From Patescibacteria group bacterium (GTDB lineage: Bacteria > Patescibacteriota > Minisyncoccia > UBA6257 > GWB1-50-10), in the NCBI GenBank assembly GCA_040757555.1, contig JBFLWN010000005.1:8045-72044 (forward strand): a DNA stretch of 64,000 nt, written 5' to 3'. Position numbers and translations under genes: made by a program. This document shows positions 49,860 to 58,764 of this stretch, piece by piece. A model generated the notes under the pieces. The model was not told the DNA's origin and made no database searches. It was given only the letters and a program-made list of their open reading frames with translations. Position 1 is the stretch's first letter; the number at the start of each line of letters is the position of its first letter.

Positions 49860-50048
49860 ATGAATTTAGATAAAAAGATTAAATTCAGTGATGTTTTGTG
49901 GTCAATTATTCCGGCAAGTATTTTGATTTCTGCGTTAAATGTGTTTTTGGGCGTAAGGGGTACATTAATTCCGATATTATCAGTTGCCTTTTTCACATAT
50001 CTAATAAGTAGGGTTAGGATTTGGAGAAACACACACAAATCTAAATAA
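49860..50048 (+). CDS. Small two-TM hypothetical protein
   Basis: Hydrophobic 62-aa ORF. Confidence 0.4.
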   Translation: MNLDKKIKFSDVLWSIIPASILISALNVFLGVRGTLIPILSVAFFTYLISRVRIWRNTHKSK

Positions 50049-50143
50049 AATGGCCATAATTATTTGTAATACCATAAAAATTTGGATGTTTTATACCCCC
50101 ATTCTTCCTAGTTTTTCCTAGTTTTAAAAATCTTTAATTACAT

Positions 50144-50446
50144 ATGGATAACAATAAAAACACCATAGTTATTATATTCTTGACATATTGGATTGGAGCG
50201 ACCGCCACGTTGTTATTGCCAATAAAAAATTCCCCAAGGAATATATTTTTAGTCGCGATTATAGGAATTATTTGGTCATTTACTATTTTTATTTCCCTTT
50301 TTGACAAAAATAATTCTGGCAATTTATATCGATACACGAGAAATAGACCTAATATTCGGTTTAAAAATAAAAAGAAGGTTATACAAAAATCACTCGTTAG
50401 GTCATTACAAGAAGAAAAAGATCTAAATAATAAAGAGGATTTTTAG
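50144..50446 (+). CDS. Small two-TM hypothetical protein
   Basis: Two TMs and a basic tail. Confidence 0.45.
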   Translation: MDNNKNTIVIIFLTYWIGATATLLLPIKNSPRNIFLVAIIGIIWSFTIFISLFDKNNSGNLYRYTRNRPNIRFKNKKKVIQKSLVRSLQEEKDLNNKEDF

Positions 50447-50489
50447 CTCTTTACTTCAACTTGCACAATGGTATTGTTTCATACATAAA

Positions 50490-51263
50490 ATGGAAGTCCC
50501 AAATAATATAAGACACATTTTCGAGAAAATCGAAAAAAGCGAGGATGAATGGAAAGCTCTTTATATGGCTGTTTGGTATTATTCTTATTACATCAAAGAT
50601 GAATATATAGACAGTGGAAAAAATGACCCAGCAGAGAAATTATCTAGACTTATAAATGGCTCTGGAACAGCCTCCACTATTAAAGTGTTTGATTTTAAAA
50701 CAGGAACAGGGACTGCTAGTAGTGCCGTCATAGTGTTTCCAGATGAAAGTCCGGGTGAAGAGATAATTAATCTTGAATTACCAGCATCAAAAAAGGGGCA
50801 CTCTTACAAATGGAAGCCAAAAGAACTTTATTCTATTCTCACATCCCGGGATGGACAATTTACTCTCGGCCATCTACAAACACTCTTCTCATTATTTGAA
50901 GAGTTGTTATGTGAAACATCTAAGACGCTTTTTGATTTAGAAATAAATACCGGAAAATGGAAGGGAATAGAAACTTTCTTTAGCCAAAATAGTTTTAAAG
51001 ATATTCTTTTACCAGAAGAACTCGGGGAATTAAAATTAGCAAAAGAAACAAGAAATTGTTTTATTCATAACAACTCAAAAATAGATGATAAGTGGTTGTC
51101 TGCATATCAAGGCGTCAGAGAAACCAAAACATTACTCCCTGACTTAATAGGAGCAGATTTAGATAGTGGGCTACAAAATACATTCCACGAAATAGAAAAT
51201 TGGCACGATTTAATTGTCGATATCTCTAAAAGAATTGTGGAAAAAATCTCACGTATGAATTAA
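50490..51263 (+). CDS. HEPN-like protein (putative RNase)
   Basis: LFEELL...ETRNCFIHN (RxxxxH). Confidence 0.6.
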   Translation: MEVPNNIRHIFEKIEKSEDEWKALYMAVWYYSYYIKDEYIDSGKNDPAEKLSRLINGSGTASTIKVFDFKTGTGTASSAVIVFPDESPGEEIINLELPASKKGHSYKWKPKELYSILTSRDGQFTLGHLQTLFSLFEELLCETSKTLFDLEINTGKWKGIETFFSQNSFKDILLPEELGELKLAKETRNCFIHNNSKIDDKWLSAYQGVRETKTLLPDLIGADLDSGLQNTFHEIENWHDLIVDISKRIVEKISRMN

Positions 51264-51265
51264 CT

Positions 51266-51766
51266 ATGATACCTATAAAAACGAAAATACGAAGGTTCTG
51301 TCTACTCTGCAAACATCATAAACTTTTTTCGTTTCTCTCTACTCGGTACAAATTAAAATTGAACTCTCTTCACGGGAAAAAACATTGGTCCCGCGTTGGG
51401 AAAATCGGAACTTATTTGTCTTATTATACCGGTGCTGATTGTGAGGTGGTGTTTTTATTCGCCTATTTACACGACATAGAGCGGAACAACGAAAATTATG
51501 ATCCAGAACACGGACAAAGATCGGCTGTATTTATAGAAAAATTATATAACGAAAAAAAGATTAAAATCTCACAAAACCAATTAGAGCTACTCACATTTGC
51601 CTGTCAACACCATAACAACTCTGATATGAAAAGTGATAATGTCACCATTCAAACTTGTTGGGATGCAGATAGACTAGATTTATGGCGCGCTGGCATCATT
51701 CCCGATCCATCTCTACTGAACACCGAGTTTAGCAAAACAGAAAACGCAATCAATTATCTAAGATAA
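51266..51766 (+). CDS. HD-domain phosphohydrolase
   Basis: HGKKHW.RV, YLHDIER, HG.RSA, CWDADRLDL. Confidence 0.85.
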   Translation: MIPIKTKIRRFCLLCKHHKLFSFLSTRYKLKLNSLHGKKHWSRVGKIGTYLSYYTGADCEVVFLFAYLHDIERNNENYDPEHGQRSAVFIEKLYNEKKIKISQNQLELLTFACQHHNNSDMKSDNVTIQTCWDADRLDLWRAGIIPDPSLLNTEFSKTENAINYLR

Positions 51767-51814
51767 GATCCCTATTTACCACAGTTTATAAAGTGATATT
51801 GTTCAATATATAAA

Positions 51815-52006
51815 ATGGATGTATTCGAAATAACACTAAACATAATCTGGAAGCCCATATATTTCGTATGGAGATTAATACGTTGGTTTTCTCTCCTTAT
51901 TTGGAAGTTTTTGAAGGATATAATGAACAGTCTTTATGGAAAAATAATAGCAATCTTAGCTACCGCCATTTTGACATATCTAATATCCCAACTATTGAAC
52001 AAATAG
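51815..52006 (+). CDS. Small membrane protein
   Basis: Amphipathic Trp-rich helix plus TM. Confidence 0.45.
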   Translation: MDVFEITLNIIWKPIYFVWRLIRWFSLLIWKFLKDIMNSLYGKIIAILATAILTYLISQLLNK

Positions 52007-52048
52007 ATCTACTAGCCTATCATCAGGATAAAATTGTATAATAGAACT

Positions 52049-52291
52049 ATGACTGATAAAGAAATAATTTTTAATACTCCAAAAAACCTCGATGAGTTTA
52101 CAGATCAATTTGTGATTTTCTTCTCAGAAGATGCAGAACCAAAAGTTTTGTTCAATTCTTTTATTGCGGAAGAGACCTACAAAAAAGCTGAAGAAATAAA
52201 AATAGAACAAAACAGGGAGCCTGTGGTAATTAGAGTTCAGAAAAGTAATATATCTAACAGCATCACACAAATGTTGTCGATGAGGTTTTAG
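52049..52291 (+). CDS. Small protein upstream of retropepsin (DUF5678-like, tentative)
   Basis: QFVIF...E.YKKA...PVVIRV pattern and gene context. Confidence 0.45.
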   Translation: MTDKEIIFNTPKNLDEFTDQFVIFFSEDAEPKVLFNSFIAEETYKKAEEIKIEQNREPVVIRVQKSNISNSITQMLSMRF

Positions 52292-52295
52292 TTGT

Positions 52296-52967
52296 ATGTT
52301 CTGTAAGGTCCCATATACAGCAATAGGAGGAAGACACCGACCTTATCTCGAGGTTGTTTTTTCTAATAAACTGAAAAATAAAAACAGTAACAAAACATTT
52401 GCGATGGTTGATTCTGGTGCAGATCATACCGTTATCCCATTTTCAATAGGGGCATTTATAGGACTAACTGAGCCAACTCAAGAAGAAAAATTAGCAAACG
52501 TAAGTGGTGTTGGTGGTAATTTAAGTTACATAGAAAGAAAATGTAGAATTTATGTCGCTAATAGGATGAGAAACAAGACCTATGGGTTTGATGAAACTGT
52601 TTGGTGGATATATCCAGATGCCGACACACAAAAACAACAAGAATCTCTAGCAAAAACGCTTCAGGAACTACAAGTCCTTCAAGCTCAAAGTTATCCAGGT
52701 AGTGATCTTTTTAATCACTTCGAAAATCAAAAAAAGCAGACAATTGATAATTTTATAGCAATTGCCAATAAATTAGAAACTGGGGTTCTTTTAGGTCGTC
52801 CATTCTTCGATAATTTTGATTTTATCCAGTTCTTCCATAAGGATCGAAGTAGAGAAGACAGGTGTTTTTTTAATTATAAGGTCGCTAACAACAAAGCGGT
52901 TGAGGTATTACCAATTCAACAAACCGACTTTATAAACCAGATTCAAGCTACTAAGCAAGAAGGTTAG
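52296..52967 (+). CDS. Retropepsin-like aspartic protease
   Basis: RPYLEV, AMVDSGADHTVI, GVGG flap, LLGRPFF. Confidence 0.8.
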   Translation: MFCKVPYTAIGGRHRPYLEVVFSNKLKNKNSNKTFAMVDSGADHTVIPFSIGAFIGLTEPTQEEKLANVSGVGGNLSYIERKCRIYVANRMRNKTYGFDETVWWIYPDADTQKQQESLAKTLQELQVLQAQSYPGSDLFNHFENQKKQTIDNFIAIANKLETGVLLGRPFFDNFDFIQFFHKDRSREDRCFFNYKVANNKAVEVLPIQQTDFINQIQATKQEG

Positions 52968-53144
52968 TGTGGAAGGATTTTTTGGGATTTACAAAATCAA
53001 AGATTCCACTAAACTCAAGTTCCTGTTTTATTAACCCCCAATTAAGAGTTCTGAACTTGTTTACCATTGGGAGCAGAGTTGACAAATCTACTTTTATGCC
53101 TTATAATATGGGCAGTATTTTAATTCATAAAAAGGAGTATCAAA

Positions 53145-53585
53145 ATGATTGGTCAATACACCTTAAAACTCTCTGACGTTGTAGCATCCGAGAATTTATT
53201 CTCAGACAAGGAAAAAATTAATAACATTATCCGAGTCCTTACATTTGATTCAATTGAGGGCTTCCTATTCTGTCTCAAATTTAATTTCTTGCCAGGATGG
53301 ACACTTCCAGAAGATATCCAACAGCATCATGTCTTCTACAAAGTGAAAAGAGAAAACGGAGAACTCACTCCCCTCAGATGGGCTGACTCCATACAAGGAG
53401 AAACAGAAAAGATATTTGTCCTCGCCTTGAAAGATAGTACCTTCAGAATAATTCTTCGAGAGAATTATCAAATTCATTTCTCCGAAGTACATTCCGGAAA
53501 TCCAAAAATGATTTTAGGTGTCAGAGAAATTCCGGGTGGCTATGATATAGCTACTGATATCGGAAAATATAGTATACAGAATTAA
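53145..53585 (+). CDS. Hypothetical protein (cassette 1)
   Basis: TTGACA-17-TATAAT promoter, SD AAGGAG, terminator. Confidence 0.7.
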   Translation: MIGQYTLKLSDVVASENLFSDKEKINNIIRVLTFDSIEGFLFCLKFNFLPGWTLPEDIQQHHVFYKVKRENGELTPLRWADSIQGETEKIFVLALKDSTFRIILRENYQIHFSEVHSGNPKMILGVREIPGGYDIATDIGKYSIQN

Positions 53586-53671
53586 AAAGAAACCCCGATC
53601 TATTTCGGGGTTTTTTCTTTATTCCACTTTAATCCTGGTTCTAATATCGTCTAGCACTGTGAGCAAACGTA

Positions 53672-53700
53672 TTGACAAACGTAAATAACCGTGCTATAAT
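53672..53700 (+). promoter_or_regulatory. Consensus sigma-70 promoter
   Basis: TTGACA-AACGTAAATAACCGTGC(17 nt)-TATAAT. Confidence 0.85.
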
Positions 53701-53736
53701 TAGCACAGAAAATAAAAAACATCAAAGGAGTTTAGT

Positions 53737-54006
53737 ATGGGAACTACGGTATTGGATATTCTAAAAGCTGAACAAACAGCATTGGATATTGCAGCACAAA
53801 AAATTGACCTAACATACGAACAAGTATGTGGGAATTTAAAATTTTATTGTGGCTGGAATCCAAAAACAGAAGAAGGAATAAAAGAACAAATAACTTCTGG
53901 ACTACCGCAACTAAAAGACGTAAAGGTTAAAGTGTGGGGATTTTTTCACGTAAAAATAACTTTTACTATGCCAGACGGAACTCGTAGGAAATATGAGTAC
54001 AAATGA
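53737..54006 (+). CDS. Hypothetical protein (cassette 2)
   Basis: Promoter, SD AAGGAG, terminator. Confidence 0.7.
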   Translation: MGTTVLDILKAEQTALDIAAQKIDLTYEQVCGNLKFYCGWNPKTEEGIKEQITSGLPQLKDVKVKVWGFFHVKITFTMPDGTRRKYEYK

Positions 54007-54190
54007 ATTTTTAACTTAAGCCACCGAAATATATAGTAGGTGGCTTTTTTTCAAAACTCTACATCAATTCAAATTCATTTCGCATTCCTCACCTATTCTC
54101 GTTCTAATATCGTCTAACACTGTGAGCAAACGTATTGACAATAGCACATCTCTGTGCTATTGTTTTTATAGTTCTATCACACAAATAAAT

Positions 54191-54427
54191 ATGGAAGAAA
54201 AGGCATTTTTAGTCGGAACGCACAGAGCAATGTTTCACGCTGGAGAACCAGCTGAAATTACTGAAGTTGTTTTTTCAACTCCAGAAGGACTTAAACCTCG
54301 TGCCTGTTATCGAGTTCGTTTTGAAAATGGAGATGAAGACCTTATACCGATTTCTGAATCTCATCATTTCGAAATAATATCGGAAAGTGATGTAAAATCA
54401 GAAAAAATACCTGAAGTTATTCATTGA
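54191..54427 (+). CDS. Hypothetical protein, possibly SH3-like (cassette 3)
   Basis: FHAGEPAEI...CYRVRFENGDEDLIPI; promoter and terminator. Confidence 0.7.
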   Translation: MEEKAFLVGTHRAMFHAGEPAEITEVVFSTPEGLKPRACYRVRFENGDEDLIPISESHHFEIISESDVKSEKIPEVIH

Positions 54428-54516
54428 TCAATATTAGAAAGAAACCCCGAAATTCTCGGGGTTTTTGCTATTTTATATCCCCCACCCTCGTTCTAATATC
54501 ATCTAAAACTCTGAGC

Positions 54517-54694
54517 TAAAATTAAAAAAGATGATTTTGCGTCATCTTTTTTAATTTCTGTTTTTTGACGGTAGGATTCGAACGGGAAAGGGGTCGGGAA
54601 AACGGAAGTTTTCCCGTGGTGGAAGTATTGAAACCGCAAGGTGTCAGAGAGCGAATAAAATGGGCGACGTGAGATTCCTACCTCCGGAGCATCC
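54517..54694. other. Structured non-coding insert with inverted and direct tRNA-Asn fragments
   Basis: 16-bp hairpin 54519-54557; GGTAGGATTCGAAC (54570-54583) is the reverse complement of tRNA 42555-42568; GNRA hairpins; direct tRNA 3' copy at 54676-54690. Confidence 0.75.
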
Positions 54695-54760
54695 ATTGAC
54701 AATAGCATAGAAATATGCTATTTTGTTTGTAGAAATTATTAACAAATTATAGGTGAAAGA

Positions 54761-55189
54761 ATGAAGGGAAAATTGCCGATCACAGAAAAAATTATCCTCG
54801 AAAGCAATGAGGATCAGTGGCGATTAAAAGTAAAAAAACTCATCACTGATTTCAAGACGTCTGGGATCATTGAAAAAGAACCTGGCACAAAAGTGCGAGT
54901 GCAACTTACAATAAACGAAATCATTCCTCCGGAAAGGGTCCGCTGGGAAAAAATACTGTCTCTCAAAACAGACAACCATGAGGAATATACGGAAAGTCTA
55001 AGAAAATCGCTTTTGTTTCTCTATGATTCGATGCTCAAGACAATCTGGACCTTTTATGGATACATAGAAGGAGAACAAAGAATCCCTATAATCATTATTT
55101 ACGTCGAATCCACGAATGTTGGTATATATACGCAAAAACTGAAAAGTGAATCGACAGAACATTTTTTCCCACCACATCTCTTGAATTAA
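54761..55189 (+). CDS. Hypothetical protein (cassette 4a)
   Basis: Promoter TTGACA...TATTTT, SD AGGTG. Confidence 0.65.
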   Translation: MKGKLPITEKIILESNEDQWRLKVKKLITDFKTSGIIEKEPGTKVRVQLTINEIIPPERVRWEKILSLKTDNHEEYTESLRKSLLFLYDSMLKTIWTFYGYIEGEQRIPIIIIYVESTNVGIYTQKLKSESTEHFFPPHLLN

Positions 55190-55201
55190 AAGGAGGTAAC
55201 C

Positions 55202-55570
55202 ATGCCACTCGTACTTGTGCAGTATAAACAATTAGCATTCCTGGAAGAGGTTGTAGAAAAACTTTCAAAAGCGCTTCCAAAGATTGTAGCACCGAACCTT
55301 AATCTTTCTGAATATGAACGACTCGCGGGAGGTGTACTTCCAGAAGATATTATTGTTCGATGCACCAAGGGAGGGAAAATGGATACAAATGAAAAAGATA
55401 TTGGAATCATTATCTTTGCCCACGACTTCCCCGAGCGAAAAGAAAATCTCGAAGAACGCAAAGACGCTATCATAAAAGGCATTCATGAGTTTCTGGCTAC
55501 CAATTATGAACGCAACGTCTCTGGCTTCGTATGGATACTACTCGCACCGTCTGCATTTGGACAGTTATAA
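55202..55570 (+). CDS. Putative tautomerase-superfamily protein (cassette 4b)
   Basis: N-terminal Pro (MPLVLV), beta-alpha-beta pattern, SD AAGGAGG. Confidence 0.55.
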   Translation: MPLVLVQYKQLAFLEEVVEKLSKALPKIVAPNLNLSEYERLAGGVLPEDIIVRCTKGGKMDTNEKDIGIIIFAHDFPERKENLEERKDAIIKGIHEFLATNYERNVSGFVWILLAPSAFGQL

Positions 55571-55730
55571 TTAATATAAAACCCCGATCTATTTCGGGGT
55601 TTTTTGCTATTTTATATCCCCCACTCTCGTTCTAATATCGTCCAAAACGTTGAATAAATATATTGACTAACACCACCCGTAAGTGGTATTTTGTTTTTAG
55701 TTGTTTATCAATATCATTTTGGAGGTTTCT

Positions 55731-56297
55731 ATGAGAATTACAGAACAAGTAAGAGAATTACTCGAAGAACTCATGGATAATAAATGGCACCTTCAACCGC
55801 CTCGTGGGGTTGGAAGGAAAACAGTAGATTTCTGGATTGAACGCAATTGGATCAAAACAAAAACCGTTCCAATCGCCAGCAAAAATAAAGTCCAATCCTT
55901 TTTTATGCCACTTCAAATTACAAAGAAGGGGCGAATTGTCTATCTGAATCAGAAATATCAAAACAAGAAACGTTTACCGAAAGAACTCATTGAATACCGA
56001 TTAAAACAACTTCGACAAGTGGTAGGCGTTCAGGTTGTCCGATCTCTTCAAACACGGAAATCATTTCTTTTTGAGTGGCGCCGTTCAACCCCCCACAACT
56101 GGTGGGTAGAGAACAGGAGGGGCAAAATGCTGTGGCATTCTTCTGACGATCGCAGTATACGACAAATCCCCGATTCGATGTTATTCGAAATAGTAAAACA
56201 CTCAAAAAATCTTATCATTACCGGTTCGTGGCTTGCAGGAAGAGATGAAGGAAGGCCCGAAGAAACAATATATCGACTTAAAAAGATTTATTCTTAA
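55731..56297 (+). CDS. Basic hypothetical protein, possibly winged HTH (cassette 5)
   Basis: SD GGAGG; QITKKGR wing-like motif; terminator. Confidence 0.6.
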   Translation: MRITEQVRELLEELMDNKWHLQPPRGVGRKTVDFWIERNWIKTKTVPIASKNKVQSFFMPLQITKKGRIVYLNQKYQNKKRLPKELIEYRLKQLRQVVGVQVVRSLQTRKSFLFEWRRSTPHNWWVENRRGKMLWHSSDDRSIRQIPDSMLFEIVKHSKNLIITGSWLAGRDEGRPEETIYRLKKIYS

Positions 56298-56350
56298 AAA
56301 CAAAACCCCGATAACCATCGGGGTTTTTGCTATACTCTAAAACAAAATAT

Positions 56351-57628
56351 TTATTTCGATTCTTTGAGCTTATTAATTTCCTCCTTTAAGGCAACCATCT
56401 TAAGCTCCCGACCCACCATAAGTTGATTCAATCTTGTAAGCTCATTTACTTTTTCCGTAATCACAAGGTCGTTTTGTTTTCTTTTTGTGATATCAATAAT
56501 GGAACCAACCATTCGTATGGGCTTTTTTGTTTCATCATATTTTGTCACCCCTGTCGCCAAAAACCATTTATAATCCCCTCCTTTTGTCTTCAATCGATAT
56601 TCGGTTTCAAAAGGTTTTCCATCTTGGAAACATTGATTCACAATTGCAAAAGTTTTTTCCATGTCCTCGGGATGCAAAATAGCCTTAAACGCATCAAGAT
56701 TTTCTTTTAACTCACCCGATTCGTATCCAAGAAGCGCACACACTCGTGGAGACCAAAAAACATGATTCGTGAGCACATTCCAATCCCATATCCCCGCTCC
56801 CGTTCCGTTAACTGCCAACCTATATGTTTCTTCTGTCTCGCGCAATTTTTCTTCAAGATCTTTATATTTTTTAATCATCTCCTCAAGAGTAACTATTTTT
56901 GTTTCAAGATCAGAGCGAAAGTTTACTATTTCCCAAAAGTTTTTTGGTTTCTCTCGTTTTTCTTCAGAAAACCCTCCTGATTTCAAGAGATACGCAATAA
57001 GAGGCGCACCAATGAAAGACAATACCAAACGAGTTATAAGATTACTTTTTAACATCGAGGCATAGAGATCTGAATTCCAAAAGGCTCCCGTAGTAAACAC
57101 GAGAGCATCAAGTGCAAAAACTCCGAATATAATAATAAAAACACGAACAGGGAGAGGAAGAGATTTTACCTTCGAAAGAAGTTCCCACACAAATGCCAAA
57201 AAGAGAATATCAAGCACAATAGCGAGAATGGACCAAAAATAATACACTCCGCGCGTCAGATCAAACTGCACCCAATGAGTGACGTCTACCTGGAGATTTA
57301 AAAGATATACTATACCGATATAAAAAAATGAAGTAAATAATACCGTAAATAATCCGAATCTCCCTGCACGTGGCCCCTCGAAGAGATATAAAAAAAGTAT
57401 GGCAAACATAAGAGTAGTAAAAAAAGAGAATGATCCAATGAGGAAAAACCATTGATTCACTACAATTGAAAACCCAAGATCGGTGAGATTGTGAGTAAGG
57501 ATTGTTAACATCCCTATGTATGCATAGAACGGGATGAGTGTAATACGATTCCTCGTGCGATAAAGGATCCCAACAAAAAACCAAAGAAGAAGTGTCTGCA
57601 CGCACAAAATAAGAAAAGGAGTAATCAT
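56351..57628 (-). CDS. Multi-TM membrane protein with PAS/PAC domain and no output domain
   Basis: About seven TMs; GIWDWN...WS...LLGY, HPED, EYRL...W, DIT.RK; ends MVGRELKM. Confidence 0.8.
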   Translation of the reverse strand: MITPFLILCVQTLLLWFFVGILYRTRNRITLIPFYAYIGMLTILTHNLTDLGFSIVVNQWFFLIGSFSFFTTLMFAILFLYLFEGPRAGRFGLFTVLFTSFFYIGIVYLLNLQVDVTHWVQFDLTRGVYYFWSILAIVLDILFLAFVWELLSKVKSLPLPVRVFIIIFGVFALDALVFTTGAFWNSDLYASMLKSNLITRLVLSFIGAPLIAYLLKSGGFSEEKREKPKNFWEIVNFRSDLETKIVTLEEMIKKYKDLEEKLRETEETYRLAVNGTGAGIWDWNVLTNHVFWSPRVCALLGYESGELKENLDAFKAILHPEDMEKTFAIVNQCFQDGKPFETEYRLKTKGGDYKWFLATGVTKYDETKKPIRMVGSIIDITKRKQNDLVITEKVNELTRLNQLMVGRELKMVALKEEINKLKESK

Positions 57629-57637
57629 AATTATGTT

Positions 57638-58366
57638 CTATCTGTTTTTATTATACACTTTTTTAATAAATTTCTTTTCTTCCAAGAAGAAAAAGGAAAA
57701 AACCAAACATTGGTTTAGTGCCGCAACACACAAACCAGGAATAGAACCATACCATAGCGCAATTGCATACGACTGCAACTGTCCGATTCCATACATCGGA
57801 TTACTAAAATATTTATATGGGCCCATCACTATAAAGTCACGGATTTTTCTCCCTAAAAACATATCCTTCCAATAGTAAATATCAATTGATGCTACTTTCG
57901 CGGAAAGAATTTTTGTAATAAGACCGACGCTGGACATTATTAGTACTATTACAAATAAAATTCCCCTAGGAAAAAAATCAAATACATCCCCAGAGGTCGA
58001 CGAAGTGATATATGCGATACTTATCACGTTGTTTAAAAATAAAAATCCAAGAATTGCCTCAAACGCCAAATATCCCTTCTCTTCACTCCCCCATTTTTTG
58101 ATAAACCAATGACGACATCCATTCTCTGGCAACACAAGATATATAAACCCTATATATAAAATTTCGGCTACCAAAAAATAAATGAGGGCCAGCTGTGAGT
58201 TGAGGGGTTGAAATAAGGAAAGATAAAGTGAAAAAAAGAGTACAAAAGATATCGCAATGGTTCTGAGTATTGTGGCATGTTTCGGCACATATCCAGACAT
58301 TGAGAGAACAAGCACAATATAATCGCGCATTTCCCCTAAAAATTTTGAAAAGGCTTTTTTATACAT
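57638..58366 (-). CDS. PEMT/ICMT-family membrane methyltransferase
   Basis: YYWKDMFL, GPYKYFSNPMYG, EKKFIKKVY. Confidence 0.78.
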   Translation of the reverse strand: MYKKAFSKFLGEMRDYIVLVLSMSGYVPKHATILRTIAISFVLFFSLYLSLFQPLNSQLALIYFLVAEILYIGFIYLVLPENGCRHWFIKKWGSEEKGYLAFEAILGFLFLNNVISIAYITSSTSGDVFDFFPRGILFVIVLIMSSVGLITKILSAKVASIDIYYWKDMFLGRKIRDFIVMGPYKYFSNPMYGIGQLQSYAIALWYGSIPGLCVAALNQCLVFSFFFLEEKKFIKKVYNKNR

Positions 58367-58461
58367 AATATTATTCTCACTAATTCGGGCAGTGGTAAAA
58401 GTATACCATAACTTAAAAACCCCGAATTAAATCGGGGTTTTTATTAATTAACTCTACATCA

Positions 58462-58764
58462 TCAGTCGGGACAGCAACTTGGCAAATCCTGTCCTGGGAA
58501 ATTTTTTTCATTCCATGAACCCCCATTCTCTTCCAACTCGAGAAGTTCGGATGTTTTTTCTAAACCCCACATAGTTCGGCGACCACGAAGATCGCGACAG
58601 GTAACATCAGAACAATAGAAATTGATGTAAGGATCTCCTGGAATGGGAATATCTTCCATTGCGAGACTTCCACAGGCAGGACAATGGCCAAATGGAGCGT
58701 TTTGATTCCAGTCTTTCTTCTCTACTCGAATATCAGATCCTGGGGTACGTAGATAATCACTCAC
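58462..58764 (-). CDS. Zn-ribbon hypothetical protein
   Basis: CPACGS...CSDVTC; SD AAGGAG, GTG start. Confidence 0.55.
   Translation of the reverse strand: MSDYLRTPGSDIRVEKKDWNQNAPFGHCPACGSLAMEDIPIPGDPYINFYCSDVTCRDLRGRRTMWGLEKTSELLELEENGGSWNEKNFPGQDLPSCCPD

Larger units (their letters stand above)
42562..54690. mobile_element. Integrative element at tRNA-Asn 3' end (right boundary uncertain)
   Basis: Recombinase abuts the tRNA; Xis, Rep-like, R-M cargo; 15-bp TCCTACCTCCGGAGC at 42562-42576 and 54676-54690. Confidence 0.75.
53048..55659 (+). repeat. Five dispersed copies of a GTTCTAATATCGTCTAACACTGTGAGC-type repeat (53048 degenerate, 53638, 54101, 54490, 55629)
   Basis: Copies at 53638 and 54101 are 40/41 identical; 54490 and 55629 share the upstream GCTATTTTATATCCCCCA. 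Confidence 0.85.

Noticed and set aside
54112-54135. Integron attC site (GTCTAAC fits RYYYAAC)
   Set aside because: AAC is not conserved in the other copies, no matching GTTRRRY arm follows, and no tyrosine integrase IntI is present
42562-54690. Prophage
   Set aside because: No capsid, terminase, portal, tail or lysis genes recognised
54499-54708. ORF MLLSMDAPEVG...
   Set aside because: Antisense reading of the tRNA-derived structured insert
53048-55670. CRISPR array from the ~30-40 bp repeats
   Set aside because: Spacing is about 390-1140 bp and contains whole genes with promoters; no cas genes in the window
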